DNA from: an uncultured Dehalococcoidia bacterium
GTDB lineage: Bacteria; Chloroflexota; Dehalococcoidia; Lucifugimonadales; UBA3495
Assembly (NCBI GenBank): GCA_950072105.1
Contig: CATMOE010000016.1
Coordinates: 1-57,485 of the forward strand
Length of the DNA: 57,485 bases
Direction of reading: 5' to 3'
The notes below the pieces were generated by a model. That model was given only the letters and a program-made list of their open reading frames with translations, made no database searches and was not told the DNA's origin. Positions 1-9,707 of the stretch are shown piece after piece (position 1 is the stretch's first letter; every line of letters begins with the position of its first letter). A program made the position numbers and the translations under genes.

Positions 1-374
1 ATATCGCAGGCCAGTGCCAGGGACATCCCGGCCCCGGCGGCCACTCCGTTAACGGCGGCGATGGTGGGTTTATTCAGGTTCCGGTAAATCTCGATGGCCT
101 GGCGTCCAACCCAGCCGTATTCATCGATGCGCTCTGACCGTGGTTGATGTTCTCCTTGCTGCCGGGCGGCGGTCAGGTCAACTCCAGAGCAGAATCCCCT
201 TCCCGCGCCGGTCCAGATCACCACCCTAACCCCGTCGTCTTCCCCAAGTTGCCGGCATACCTGCATGATCTCTTCGTGAAGCTCAGAGCTTATGGCGTTG
301 AGCTTATCGGGGCGGTTCAGGGTCACCACGGCGACCTGTTCCTCAATCTCCAGAATTATGTTTTCGTATGGCAC
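1..374 (-). CDS. Enoyl-CoA hydratase/isomerase family protein (runs off the left edge of the window)
   Basis: Translated by hand; absent from the ORF track. GTG at 374 after AAGGAG; MPYENIILEIEEQVAVVTLNRPDKLNA...TGAGRGFCSGVDL...KPTIAAVNGVAAGAGMSLALACD, typical crotonase motifs. Confidence 0.9.
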   Translation of the reverse strand, partial: MPYENIILEIEEQVAVVTLNRPDKLNAISSELHEEIMQVCRQLGEDDGVRVVIWTGAGRGFCSGVDLTAARQQGEHQPRSERIDEYGWVGRQAIEIYRNLNKPTIAAVNGVAAGAGMSLALACD

Positions 375-515
375 GGTATAGCTCCTTAGACCGACGCAAC
401 AATAACTGGACCCATTTGCAGCGAATCGTCAAAGTATACCACCGGAATGCCGGAGCCCATTCTTGCCTGTACCAGGCAGAGGTTTACACCGCCAACGCGG
501 GGAAACGGACCGTAT

Positions 516-553
516 GTAACTTCGTTGTAACAAATTCGTAATATCGATGAAAC
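516..553 (+). promoter_or_regulatory. GlnR-box-like direct repeat array upstream of amtB
   Basis: GTAAC-n6-GTAAC-n6-GTAAT-n6-GAAAC with 11-bp period; an extra GTAAC at 563-567. Confidence 0.65.
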
Positions 554-666
554 TTAAATGATGTAACATCCTGCATTCCCGGTACTGTTAATCGTCCCAG
601 ATGATTTCAAAGCCATGTGCTGGCTTACTTCGTTGATCTTGTATTAAGGAATTGGGGGATAGATTC

Positions 667-1881
667 ATGGTTAATTCAGGCGACACGGCGTTTATCTTGA
701 TAGCAGCGGCCTTGGTGCTGCTCATGATTCCTGGTCTGGCGTTGTTCTACGGAGGATTAGCCCGGCAGAAAAACGTGGGGTCCACGATCATGTATAGCTT
801 CGCCACCATGGGGATAGTCGGAGTAGTGTGGGTCTTGTGGGGCTATACATTGGCTTTCGGCCCAGACATCGGCGGCTTTATCGGTGGTTTAGATAACTTC
901 GGTTTGGCCGGTGTCAGCGCCTCTGAAGGCGCAACCCCGGACGCCAAGATTCCGGCGCAGGCGTTCATGATCTTCCAGGGGATGTTTGCGATCATTACCC
1001 CGGCCCTGATCACCGGGGCCTTTGCCGAGCGAATGAAGTTCAGCGCCTTTGTGGTGTTTACCACCTTGTGGGTAACCATCGTGTACGCGCCGGTGGCCCA
1101 CTGGGTTTGGGCTGATGGCGGTTGGCTGCTGGGTTTAGGCGCACTGGACTTCGCCGGCGGGACGGTAGTCCACATCAACTCTGGGGTCGCCGCATTGGCT
1201 GCCGCGTTGATTCTAGGCCCTCGGTTGGGATTCGGCAGGCAGGCGATGGAACCTCATAACCTGCCGCTGGTTGTGTTGGGAGCGGGCCTTCTTTGGTTCG
1301 GTTGGTTCGGTTTCAACGCAGGAAGCGCTCTGTCTGCCGGCGGTGACGCCGTCAACGCTTTCGTCGTGACCAACACGGCGGCCTGCGCCGGGATCATCGG
1401 CTGGGTTGGCATGTCATGGATATTCTCCAAGAAGCCCAGCATCATCGGCGCCGCCTCGGGCGCGGTGGCCGGATTGGTAGCAATCACACCGGCCTCCGGT
1501 TTCGTTGGCGCCATGCCAGCGATAATCATTGGCATTGGGGCTGGCGTTATGTGCTTCGGCGCTATTCAACTGCTCATCAAGTTGAAAGTCGACGATGCCC
1601 TGTCCGTTTGGGGTGTCCACGGCATCGGTGGTACCTGGGGCGCAATAGCCACCGGAATATTCGTTGGGATAGGATACGGCGGTTTGGCCGATGGAGTTTC
1701 CCGCTTGGAGCAGATCGGCATCCAATTCATTGCGATAGGCGCCACTTGGGCATGGGCCTTCGCGGTAACGGCCGTCATACTTTTGGCGATAAAATTCACC
1801 ATTGGCCTTCGTGTTTCTGAATCCGCAGAGGAGATCGGCCTGGATCTTAGCGAACATGGCGAACCAGCATACAGGCTATAA
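667..1881 (+). CDS. amtB: Ammonium transporter
   Basis: MVNSGDTAF, DFAGGTVVHINSG, LWFGWFGFNAGS, HGEPAY motifs; multi-TM; followed by a P-II gene. Confidence 0.97.
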   Translation: MVNSGDTAFILIAAALVLLMIPGLALFYGGLARQKNVGSTIMYSFATMGIVGVVWVLWGYTLAFGPDIGGFIGGLDNFGLAGVSASEGATPDAKIPAQAFMIFQGMFAIITPALITGAFAERMKFSAFVVFTTLWVTIVYAPVAHWVWADGGWLLGLGALDFAGGTVVHINSGVAALAAALILGPRLGFGRQAMEPHNLPLVVLGAGLLWFGWFGFNAGSALSAGGDAVNAFVVTNTAACAGIIGWVGMSWIFSKKPSIIGAASGAVAGLVAITPASGFVGAMPAIIIGIGAGVMCFGAIQLLIKLKVDDALSVWGVHGIGGTWGAIATGIFVGIGYGGLADGVSRLEQIGIQFIAIGATWAWAFAVTAVILLAIKFTIGLRVSESAEEIGLDLSEHGEPAYRL

Positions 1882-1948
1882 TCCTTTAAGGCAGCCTGTA
1901 AATCGTGTCGCGGGATCGGGACCGAACCGACGGATAGGAGGATGAAAC

Positions 1949-2289
1949 ATGAAAAAGGTTGAAGCGATAATCCGCCCGGAAAAGCTCACCGCTGTGAAAG
2001 AAGCATTGGTGGAGGGCGGTTCGTGGGGCTGAACACGGTGGCCGTGATTGGCCGTGGCGCCCAACGAGGCATCGTCCATCAGGGCCGCAGCGGTCAATCG
2101 ATAGCCATGGATATGTTGCCGAAAACGAAGATGGAGTTGGTGGTTGGAGACGGCGACGCAGAGAGGGTTTGCGAAATCATTATCGAAGCCGCCCGGACCG
2201 GCGAGATCGGCGACGGGAAGATTTTCATAAGCAACGTGGAGGAAGTGATTCGGGTTAGGACGGGAGAGAGGGGGGAGACGGCGCTGTAG
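1949..2289 (+). pseudogene. glnK: P-II nitrogen regulator with a 1-bp frameshift near 2020 (possibly a sequencing error)
   Basis: AGGAGG RBS, ATG 1949, MKKVEAIIRPEKL...EGG; continues in the -1 frame as VGLNTVAVIGRGAQRG...MLPKTKME...RTGEIGDGKIF...IRVRTGERGETAL. Confidence 0.9.
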
Positions 2290-2324
2290 TCTTGGCCTCA
2301 TCCGGGGCCCGGCGTCCTCCCTGT

Positions 2325-2765
2325 TTATTCCAACTCCACTAGCGGGTCGTTGGCGCTGACGGAGTCCATGGGCTGTACGTGGACGGCCTTGATCACACCG
2401 TCTCGCCCGGTTCTGATGCTCTGCTCCATCTTCATAGCTTCCACCACGCATACTTCGTCGCCAGCCGACACCCGGTCTCCTGGCCGCACCATGATGGAAA
2501 TCACTTTTCCAGGCATAGGACTGCGTAGAATCTTGTCCGACGGGTCGGAGCCTGGAGAACGGCGTTGACGTGGCGCTGAAACGATCTGAGCGGGTCTGCT
2601 GCGCGGACCGCGAGTATTGGGAAGAGGACGGGGAGGAAGACCTTCGACCTCCACGGAGATGGTCTCGCCTTCGACGGTGACTTCCACAGGCGAGTAGGTC
2701 AGGTCTCCGACTTGTACGGTAAACCAGTGGTCGCCGACTTTGATCCGGAAGGGTGTTATCGCCAA
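2325..2765 (-). CDS. Biotin carboxyl carrier protein
   Basis: SPMPGKV and EAMKM biotinylation motif; probable TTG start at 2765 overlapping the end of the biotin carboxylase gene. Confidence 0.9.
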   Translation of the reverse strand: MAITPFRIKVGDHWFTVQVGDLTYSPVEVTVEGETISVEVEGLPPRPLPNTRGPRSRPAQIVSAPRQRRSPGSDPSDKILRSPMPGKVISIMVRPGDRVSAGDEVCVVEAMKMEQSIRTGRDGVIKAVHVQPMDSVSANDPLVELE

Positions 2766-4309
2766 CTCCGGCTTACCTGGGGACGCGGCTGAAGCTGTTC
2801 CCGCCGCCCGTAAGCCCGCCATTGATTGGCGGCTGGGGTCGCGAAAGCACCGGCGCTTTTGGATGCCAATGCCATCGCAACCGCGATAGCCGCCGCCGTG
2901 TCTCTGTCAGAGTGTTCCTTGCCGTTTTTCATCGTGTTTCCATTGGCACCAGAATGGAGAGCCCGAACTGTACCGGCCTCCAGCCATGAAGTCATGGACC
3001 CGGTATGGTAAGTTGCCTCGGCGAACTCAGCGCTGGCCAGAATGTCTCGCAATAGGGATGTGTTGCAGGTTACGCCCCCCACGCGGAAGCAGAGTAGCGC
3101 CCGCAAGAGATCCTTCGCCGCGTCTTCGCGAGTCTCACCCCAGGCCATGACTTTGGCTAAAAGCGGCTCATAGTGTAACCCAACTTCATAACCGGCGCAA
3201 AGCGCGCTATCCACCCGAATGTGGTCTCCGGCAGGCTGATGGTAGTCGGTGATTTCGCCGGTCTGGGGCATCAAAGTTACCGGATCTTCCGGGTAAACGC
3301 GTGCCTGAATGGCATGGCCCTTGACCTGGATATCCTCTTGTTTCACCGGCAAGGCTTCTCCGGCGGCTATCCGGATCTGCATTTCCACCAAGTCGACTCC
3401 GGTGACCATCTCGGTAACGCCGTGCTCCACCTGTAACCGGGTGTTCATCTCCGTGAAGTAGGCTTGGCCATCGGCAGCTACCAGGAATTCCACCGTGCCG
3501 GCATTGGTGTAACCGATGTGCTTGCCCAACTTCAGGGCCAACTTGCAGAGCTTCCGTCGCAGTTTAGGGGTCAGTTTTACCGCCGGAGACTCTTCGACCA
3601 GCTTCTGGTGCCGGCGTTGGACCGAACAATCTCGCTCAAACAGGTGAATCAGGCGGCCGTGTTCGTCGCCGATGATCTGGACTTCGATATGGGAGGCGTC
3701 TTTGAGGTATCGCTCAAAGAACAGACTGGGACTGCCGAAGGCGCTGGTAGCCACCTGGCGGGTGCGTTGGATAATCGGGGTGAGTTCTTTCATGGAGTCG
3801 ATGACGTGGATGCCGATGCCACCGCCGCCTTCCAATGCCTTGACCATCAGCGGAAACCCCAGCTTCCAGGCCTGGTCTTCGGCCTCATCATCTTCCACCG
3901 CGTGGCCGGTGCCAGGCAGTACTGGCAATCCCGCCTTCTTAGCCAACTTGCGGGCGCGAAGTTTGTCGCCCATCTTCTCCATGACTGCCGGGGATGGGCC
4001 GATAAAGCGGACCCCGATTTCCTGACAGCGGCGGGCGAAAACGGCGTTCTCGGACAGGAATCCATAGCCGGGGTGTATCGCTTGCGCCCCGGAATCCTGG
4101 GCGGCTGCAAGAATATTGTCGATATCTAAGTAGCTTTGTTGGGGCGGAGCTTTTCCAACTAGCCGAGCCTCGTCGGCTAATTGGACGTGAAGTGCGTTCC
4201 GGTCGGCTTCAGAGTAAACGGCTACGGTACTGATACCCAGCTTGCGGCAAGTGCGGATGAATCGACAAGCAATCTCGCCCCGGTTGGCAATCAAGATTTT
4301 GTTAAACAT
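2756..4309 (-). CDS. accC: Biotin carboxylase subunit of an acyl-CoA carboxylase, with C-terminal extension
   Basis: KILIANRGEIA, HPGYGFLSEN, ERDCSVQRRHQK, EMNTRLQVEH. Confidence 0.93.
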   Translation of the reverse strand: MFNKILIANRGEIACRFIRTCRKLGISTVAVYSEADRNALHVQLADEARLVGKAPPQQSYLDIDNILAAAQDSGAQAIHPGYGFLSENAVFARRCQEIGVRFIGPSPAVMEKMGDKLRARKLAKKAGLPVLPGTGHAVEDDEAEDQAWKLGFPLMVKALEGGGGIGIHVIDSMKELTPIIQRTRQVATSAFGSPSLFFERYLKDASHIEVQIIGDEHGRLIHLFERDCSVQRRHQKLVEESPAVKLTPKLRRKLCKLALKLGKHIGYTNAGTVEFLVAADGQAYFTEMNTRLQVEHGVTEMVTGVDLVEMQIRIAAGEALPVKQEDIQVKGHAIQARVYPEDPVTLMPQTGEITDYHQPAGDHIRVDSALCAGYEVGLHYEPLLAKVMAWGETREDAAKDLLRALLCFRVGGVTCNTSLLRDILASAEFAEATYHTGSMTSWLEAGTVRALHSGANGNTMKNGKEHSDRDTAAAIAVAMALASKSAGAFATPAANQWRAYGRREQLQPRPQVSRSWR

Positions 4310-4405
4310 CGATTATCCTCATCACCTCATCAACCCAGTGGAGTGGCTGCCGCTCTTAAATGGGCGGGCGCCGGCTTTCCGCGTCAGATGGATCTATTCA
4401 AATTC

Positions 4406-5188
4406 TCAGGAATATACTCCAGACTTCTCCTCACGGTGTAGCTGTTCTAAAAACGAGTTAGACTGAATTTGCTTGTCCAGCCAATACTCTATGCTCATGC
4501 CGAGCAGCGATTTAATCTCTTGGGCCAAGGAGTCACTCAGCTTCAATGACGGTATTTCTCTAAGTTGGCTGCGGTCTAACAGCCGCAGAACTTTCAGGGC
4601 TCGGAGGGACAATGGCCGAACATGGGCATCGGCCGGGCGGCAATCCGGGCACAGGCAACCGCCCACGTCCGGGCTGAAGCGGTGACTTCCCGGGGCAAGG
4701 TCCTTCCGGCATTCCACGCATTGGTACAATTCAGGCATCAAGCCGGAGACCTTGAGCAAGTGCAGTTCAAAGAACCTTAAAGACAGTTCGGATTCAGGGT
4801 CTTGGCCGATGGCGTTCAATCCTGCCACGGCCAGATGATACAGGGGTTGGTTCGGGTTGGCTTCGGAGCCAAACCCATCCACTAACTCGGCTAGGTAGAA
4901 GCCCTTGGTTATCGCTTTTAGATCGTCTTTCAGCGGGGCGAAGCTCTCTATCAGTTGGGCTTGCGATACGTGGTCCAGGCCGCCCCGGCCCTGGGCCACG
5001 GACAAGTTAACTTGGGTCAGGGGCTCTAGATGGCCAACCAGTTTGCTGTTGGACCGGCGGGCGCCTCTGGCCACGGCGCGAATCTTGCCACGTTCCCTGG
5101 TGAAAAAAGTGACTAAAAGATCGGCCTCACCGAAAGGAACATGCTTGAGGATCAATGCTTCGCAGTGGTACGTCCGTGGTGGAGCCAT
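4406..5188 (-). CDS. recO: DNA repair protein RecO
   Basis: GEADLLVTFFTRERGKI, CVEC...CPDC zinc site; adjacent to recR. Confidence 0.95.
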   Translation of the reverse strand: MAPPRTYHCEALILKHVPFGEADLLVTFFTRERGKIRAVARGARRSNSKLVGHLEPLTQVNLSVAQGRGGLDHVSQAQLIESFAPLKDDLKAITKGFYLAELVDGFGSEANPNQPLYHLAVAGLNAIGQDPESELSLRFFELHLLKVSGLMPELYQCVECRKDLAPGSHRFSPDVGGCLCPDCRPADAHVRPLSLRALKVLRLLDRSQLREIPSLKLSDSLAQEIKSLLGMSIEYWLDKQIQSNSFLEQLHREEKSGVYS

Positions 5189-5190
5189 GG

Positions 5191-5805
5191 TTAAAGCTCC
5201 TGGCGCCCTTGGAAGGCTCTGCTGAGGGTCAGATCGTCGGTATATTCCAAAGAACCGCCCACTGGCAATCCTCTGGCTAAATGAGTGATTTTCAATTCTT
5301 GCCCGGCCAGGTGTCGGCGGATGTACATGGCCGTGGCCTCACCTTCTAGGGTTGGGTTGGTGGCGATTATCAACTCTTTGACTTCTTCCTGGGTCAACCG
5401 GCTGAACAACTCCTTCAGTTTGAGTTGGTCCGGCCCCACGCCGTTCAAAGGGGATATTACGCCGTGCAGCACGTGGTACAGGCCCCGAAAGGCCCGGGTG
5501 CGCTCCAGAGCCAATACGTCCATCGGGTCCTCTACGACGCATATCTGCTCTTGATTCCGTTGCGGTTCGCTGCAGACTCCACAGGGTGAGGAGTCGGTAA
5601 GGTTTTGGCATTTCTGGCAGAAAAGGATATTGCTCTTGACGGCGCTGATCGCGTCGGCCAGGGCCAGGGCTTCCTCATTAGGAAGGCGAATGAGGTAATA
5701 TGCCAGCCGCTGAGCGCTTTTCGGCCCGATTCCTGGCAATCGATTCAGCTCCTGGATCAACCTGGCCAGGGAGGGTGATGCCGCGGGTATGGCGTCAGGG
5801 GTCAT
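5191..5805 (-). CDS. recR: Recombination mediator RecR
   Basis: LPGIGPKSAQRLA, C4 zinc finger, YHVLHGVISP, ATNPTLEGEATA. Confidence 0.97.
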   Translation of the reverse strand: MTPDAIPAASPSLARLIQELNRLPGIGPKSAQRLAYYLIRLPNEEALALADAISAVKSNILFCQKCQNLTDSSPCGVCSEPQRNQEQICVVEDPMDVLALERTRAFRGLYHVLHGVISPLNGVGPDQLKLKELFSRLTQEEVKELIIATNPTLEGEATAMYIRRHLAGQELKITHLARGLPVGGSLEYTDDLTLSRAFQGRQEL

Positions 5806-5833
5806 GAAGACGCTATTCCTACCTGGACACCCG

Positions 5834-6133
5834 TTACCCGAGCCCCGGGATGTTCAAGCCGCCGGCCAGGGGGCCCATCTTTTCGGAGGCCAGTTCCTGA
5901 GTCTTGGTGAATGCGTCGTTCACCGCTGCGGCCACTAGGTCCTGGAGCAGGTCCACGTCTTCGGCGGCCTCAGGGTCGATGGACACCGATTCCACCACCT
6001 GTTTCCCGGTCATCACTACTTTTACCACGCCGCCGCCGGCAGTGCCTTCAACGGTGAGGGTTTCCAGTTCCTCTTGGATCTTCTGTAGTTGAGCCTGCAA
6101 CCGTTGGGCTTGGCGCATCATGTTGCGGTTCAT
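5834..6133 (-). CDS. ybaB: YbaB/EbfC nucleoid-associated protein
   Basis: MMRQAQRLQ...EGTAGGGVVKV...LQDLVAAAVNDA; dnaX-ybaB-recR synteny. Confidence 0.95.
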   Translation of the reverse strand: MNRNMMRQAQRLQAQLQKIQEELETLTVEGTAGGGVVKVVMTGKQVVESVSIDPEAAEDVDLLQDLVAAAVNDAFTKTQELASEKMGPLAGGLNIPGLG

Positions 6134-7863
6134 TCCACAACCTCCTCGATGATTCTTGCGCCCATTCCCAGGGCGACGCGAACCAGTGGGCTATTTTGAG
6201 AGTTGCCGGGGCCGTTGCTGTTTTCGCCCCTATCCTCCAGCAGGGTAAGCCTTAGGGTATACGCTCCGCCGAAGTTTTCGCTCACCACGGCGTCAACTTG
6301 CTGTTTTCCAACCGGGTCCGACAGTTCTTCCTGCATGCGTTCCATGTTGGCCCGATGGGCAAAGGCCAAAACAAGGGTGTCGCCCTCTACGGTGATCGCG
6401 TCGGACCGGCAGTCGCGCATCAACGCGCCCAGGTTGAATTTTTTGCCCTTGTGCCGGCCTAGGGTCTTGACCGTTGCCGCCCAGTTGGCGGCGATACTAC
6501 CGGGTTCCGGGGCAGGAACCGGCGACGGATCCGGACGGTTTGCGGCGGGCATTGGTGTTTCGCCGCGTTGGGCGGCGGGAGCAGGCTGGGCGCGGTCAGG
6601 CGGCCTGGGTTCCGAGTTCCTGGCCGCTGGCGCTGGATTTTGCCTGTTGGGCCGTGTCCTAGGTGCGGCCTGCGCCGGAGCTTGGGTGGGCGGCGGCTGA
6701 GATTGGGCCGCCGACGGGGCTTGGGCGGGCGCCGGTTGGGCTTGGGCTGCCGGCGCGCTGGCAGCCGCCGACTCATGGTCGCAGATCTCCACCGACGCCA
6801 GCTCCAGCGGAAGGGTGGACGGAGCGTCGTATCGCATGTTTACTTCGCCCCAAAGCTTCAACGCCCGGATGATTCGCCAGCCAGGCAATTGATCCACCAA
6901 TTGCCGCATCTGGGTCAAGGTATCCTCTGGCAAATCTACCTGCGTTTCCGGCCCGGATGGCCCTCCGGAGCCCCATTGGATGAGCATGGCGGCGCGCATA
7001 AGCTCCAGGGTTTGCCGGTGAAGCTGGCGGAGGTCCGTTCCGTCCCAGGCGGCCTGGTTGATGACGCCCAAGGCCCCGGAAGCGTTTCCGGTCAGCAGGC
7101 AAGTCACCAGGTCTAGCCATCTTTCACTGTGGCCCAATCCCAGGAGTTCTTCAACCTGCTTTATGCCGACACCTTCGGAATAGGAGATCGCCAGTTGTTC
7201 CAACAGGTTCTCCGCGTCCCGTAGGCTGCCCGCGGCGTAGCGGGACACTAGGCGGAGGGCATCGGTCTCCGCGGTGACACCCTCTACCTTGGTGATTTCC
7301 TCCAACCGTTGGTTGATCAAGTCCGAAGGGATACGCCGAAAGTCGTATCTCTGGCACCGGGAGACTATCGTGGGCAAGATCTTGTGAGCCTCGGTTGTGC
7401 AAAGGATGAAGATAACGTGGCCCGGCGGCTCTTCCAGGGTTTTTAGGAAAGCGTTGGACGCCTCGGTGGTGAGCATGTGGGCTTCGTCGATGATGTATAT
7501 CTTTCGGCTTCCCTGCACCGGAGAAAAGTTTACCTTTTCCCGGATATCTCGCATATGATCGATTCCCCGGTTACTGGCGGCGTCCAGCTCGATAATGTCC
7601 ATGAAACGGCCTTCGTTGATGGACTGGCAGATGGCGCAAGCGTTACAGGGGTCTCCATCTTGGAGGTCGAGGCAATTTACCGCCTTGGCTAAGATCCTGG
7701 CCGTGGTGGTTTTGCCGCTGCCCCGCGGGCCGCAGAACAGGTAGGAATGGGACACTCTGTTCTGCATGGTCGACTGGCGCAAGGTGGTGGTGACATGATC
7801 TTGGCCTACGACCTGTCTAAAGCTCAGGGGCCGCCATTTTCGGTAGTACACCTGAGTGGTCAT
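6130..7863 (-). CDS. dnaX: DNA polymerase III subunit gamma/tau
   Basis: YRKWRP, GPRGSGKTT, DEAHML, SRCQ; Pro/Ala-rich linker. Confidence 0.97.
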   Translation of the reverse strand: MTTQVYYRKWRPLSFRQVVGQDHVTTTLRQSTMQNRVSHSYLFCGPRGSGKTTTARILAKAVNCLDLQDGDPCNACAICQSINEGRFMDIIELDAASNRGIDHMRDIREKVNFSPVQGSRKIYIIDEAHMLTTEASNAFLKTLEEPPGHVIFILCTTEAHKILPTIVSRCQRYDFRRIPSDLINQRLEEITKVEGVTAETDALRLVSRYAAGSLRDAENLLEQLAISYSEGVGIKQVEELLGLGHSERWLDLVTCLLTGNASGALGVINQAAWDGTDLRQLHRQTLELMRAAMLIQWGSGGPSGPETQVDLPEDTLTQMRQLVDQLPGWRIIRALKLWGEVNMRYDAPSTLPLELASVEICDHESAAASAPAAQAQPAPAQAPSAAQSQPPPTQAPAQAAPRTRPNRQNPAPAARNSEPRPPDRAQPAPAAQRGETPMPAANRPDPSPVPAPEPGSIAANWAATVKTLGRHKGKKFNLGALMRDCRSDAITVEGDTLVLAFAHRANMERMQEELSDPVGKQQVDAVVSENFGGAYTLRLTLLEDRGENSNGPGNSQNSPLVRVALGMGARIIEEVVE

Positions 7864-8420
7864 TCGATTCCGGCCTCAACTTGAGATACTACCGCCAGGG
7901 CGGAGCGCTCTTTGGCTTGCATCTGTGCTTCGTCTTCGGGTTCCATGTGGTCGTATCCCACCAGGTGAAGCACGCCATGGACGATCAACAATGCCAGTTC
8001 CTGTTCTACCGGACCGTTTCTTTCCTGGGCCTGACGCTGGGTTTGTGGGAAGGAGATTATCACTTCGCCTAAGGGAGATGGTTCGCCGAGAGGGAGGGCG
8101 AAGGGAAACGCTACGGCATCTTCGGGTTCGAGGGCCTCTTGCCGGGTTTCCTGGATCTCCCCAGCCCAATGTCCGGAATGGGAAGCGGAAAAGGAAAGAA
8201 CGTCGGTCACTTCATCCAACCCCCGGAATCGCCGATTCAATTCCCGCACCGTTTCATCATCGGTTACCACCAAGCCAACCTGGACCGGCTCGCTTTTGGG
8301 AAGTGCCTCCGCCAGAGCGGCTTCCATCACCATCCGTAGCCACCCTTCGGACAATTCCTGCCGGTAGGGACCGGCGACTGAGATGTCTATTTCTTGAAAG
8401 GAACGGGGGCTATCTGACAT
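7860..8420 (-). CDS. ybeY: rRNA maturation RNase YbeY
   Basis: LNRRFRG..EVTDVLSF, LGEVIIS, HGVLHLVGYDH; start at ATG 8420 is approximate. Confidence 0.93.
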   Translation of the reverse strand: MSDSPRSFQEIDISVAGPYRQELSEGWLRMVMEAALAEALPKSEPVQVGLVVTDDETVRELNRRFRGLDEVTDVLSFSASHSGHWAGEIQETRQEALEPEDAVAFPFALPLGEPSPLGEVIISFPQTQRQAQERNGPVEQELALLIVHGVLHLVGYDHMEPEDEAQMQAKERSALAVVSQVEAGIE

Positions 8421-8606
8421 CGTGCCCTGCTGGTGGCTCGCTCCAAGTTGGCTTAAATACGTAGGCTCCGAAGGCTGATCGAAGCTGACCAAACGGTAGG
8501 CCAATCATAGCATTGGCAGCCTGTGTGCTTCAAGGAGGAAAGGTCCCGATTCAGCGCCCCTGTTTCGGCCATTGAGCTTGCCGGAACGAGGCGTCACATG
8601 GATAGA

Positions 8607-9701
8607 TCAGAGACTGCTGCCGTATAGGCGGTTAAGGTTGCCGTGGCGGCTGGGGTCCAACTGCCGGCCCGATAAAGCCGGATGGTCCGGGCCATAACGA
8701 TGGGCGCGGAAAACCCCATTATTCAAGCCATGCTGGTTCCTAGCCAAGAAGGGACTGATGTATTCCCAAACGATCTGGTTTGATGGCGTTACCTCAAAGA
8801 GCTGCCCGGCCATGCCCTCGGTGATCAGAGTGTTTCCGTTGGGTAATCGTTCCGCTCCTCCGGTGAAGTGGGTGAAGAAAGAGACCAGCGAGTCCCCCCG
8901 GTACTGCCAGACGATCTCGTTGTTCGCGGGATCAACCTCCACCACCCGGGAAGAGCTAAGACCTCGGCGGTGCGCCCCGTTATCCAGAAGTAGCACGTTG
9001 CCGTTGGCCAAGAGGGTTGGGTTATGTTGGTGGGAGATCTGCCCCGGTCCCCATTGCCATTTGAACTTTCCCGTGGCTCGATCCGCTATGGCCACCGTGT
9101 CTAAAATCCGGAAGCTGATCAGGAAAGTGCCGTCGGGCGTCGAGATGTCGTTGGCGCCGCCCCAGGCCGCTCGGCCCTCCAGGGGGCAGATAACGTGCTG
9201 TTGAGGATCTAGCTGGTCCTCGGAACGCCATTCGTTGACGGTGGAGCCGTCGGGTGTGACCTCCAACACGCGGTCTCCCCCCATGCGCTCCGGGTCCGAC
9301 GGAGTCGAGAAGCCGCCTTGGACCCGTTGCGTCAACTCCGGGGGGATTACTTCATCGGAGTTGCAGAGAAAAAGGTTGTTGCCGTTGGCCAACCGGCAGT
9401 GGCGGCGGAGGTCCGTGTTGCGGTACTCCCAGACCAGGTCGCTCTCCCAATCGATCTCCCGGATAGCGTCAGAACCGGGAGAGTTGGGCGTCGAACCACG
9501 GTCTCGAAACAGCAGGTTTCCGTTGGGCAAGAGAAATCCATAGTTGATGCCGCCATCGAAATGCCACCGGTGGACGAAATTACCTTGTATATCAATGAGA
9601 TAGGCGTCGGCGCCTCAGTTGGCGGAAAACAAGGTGTAGCCTCGAAAGGCATTGGCCGGTTGGTATTTGGTTAGACCCGTGGGACGTTGAGACCAGCCCA
9701 T
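8607..9701 (-). pseudogene. Arylsulfotransferase (ASST)-like beta-propeller interrupted by an in-frame TGA at codon 29
   Basis: AAGGAG RBS, ATG 9701, MGWSQRPTGLTKY...GYTLFSAN*GADAYLIDIQGNFVHRW, in frame with track ORF 8607..9530 (HQHNPTLLANGNVLLLDNG, GAERLPNGNTLITE, VFRAHRY). Confidence 0.85.
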
Positions 9702-9707
9702 GATGTT

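Noticed and set aside
6130..7863. Programmed frameshift in dnaX
   Set aside because: No A-AAA-AAG site or long A run with a stimulatory element recognised; the frame is continuous.
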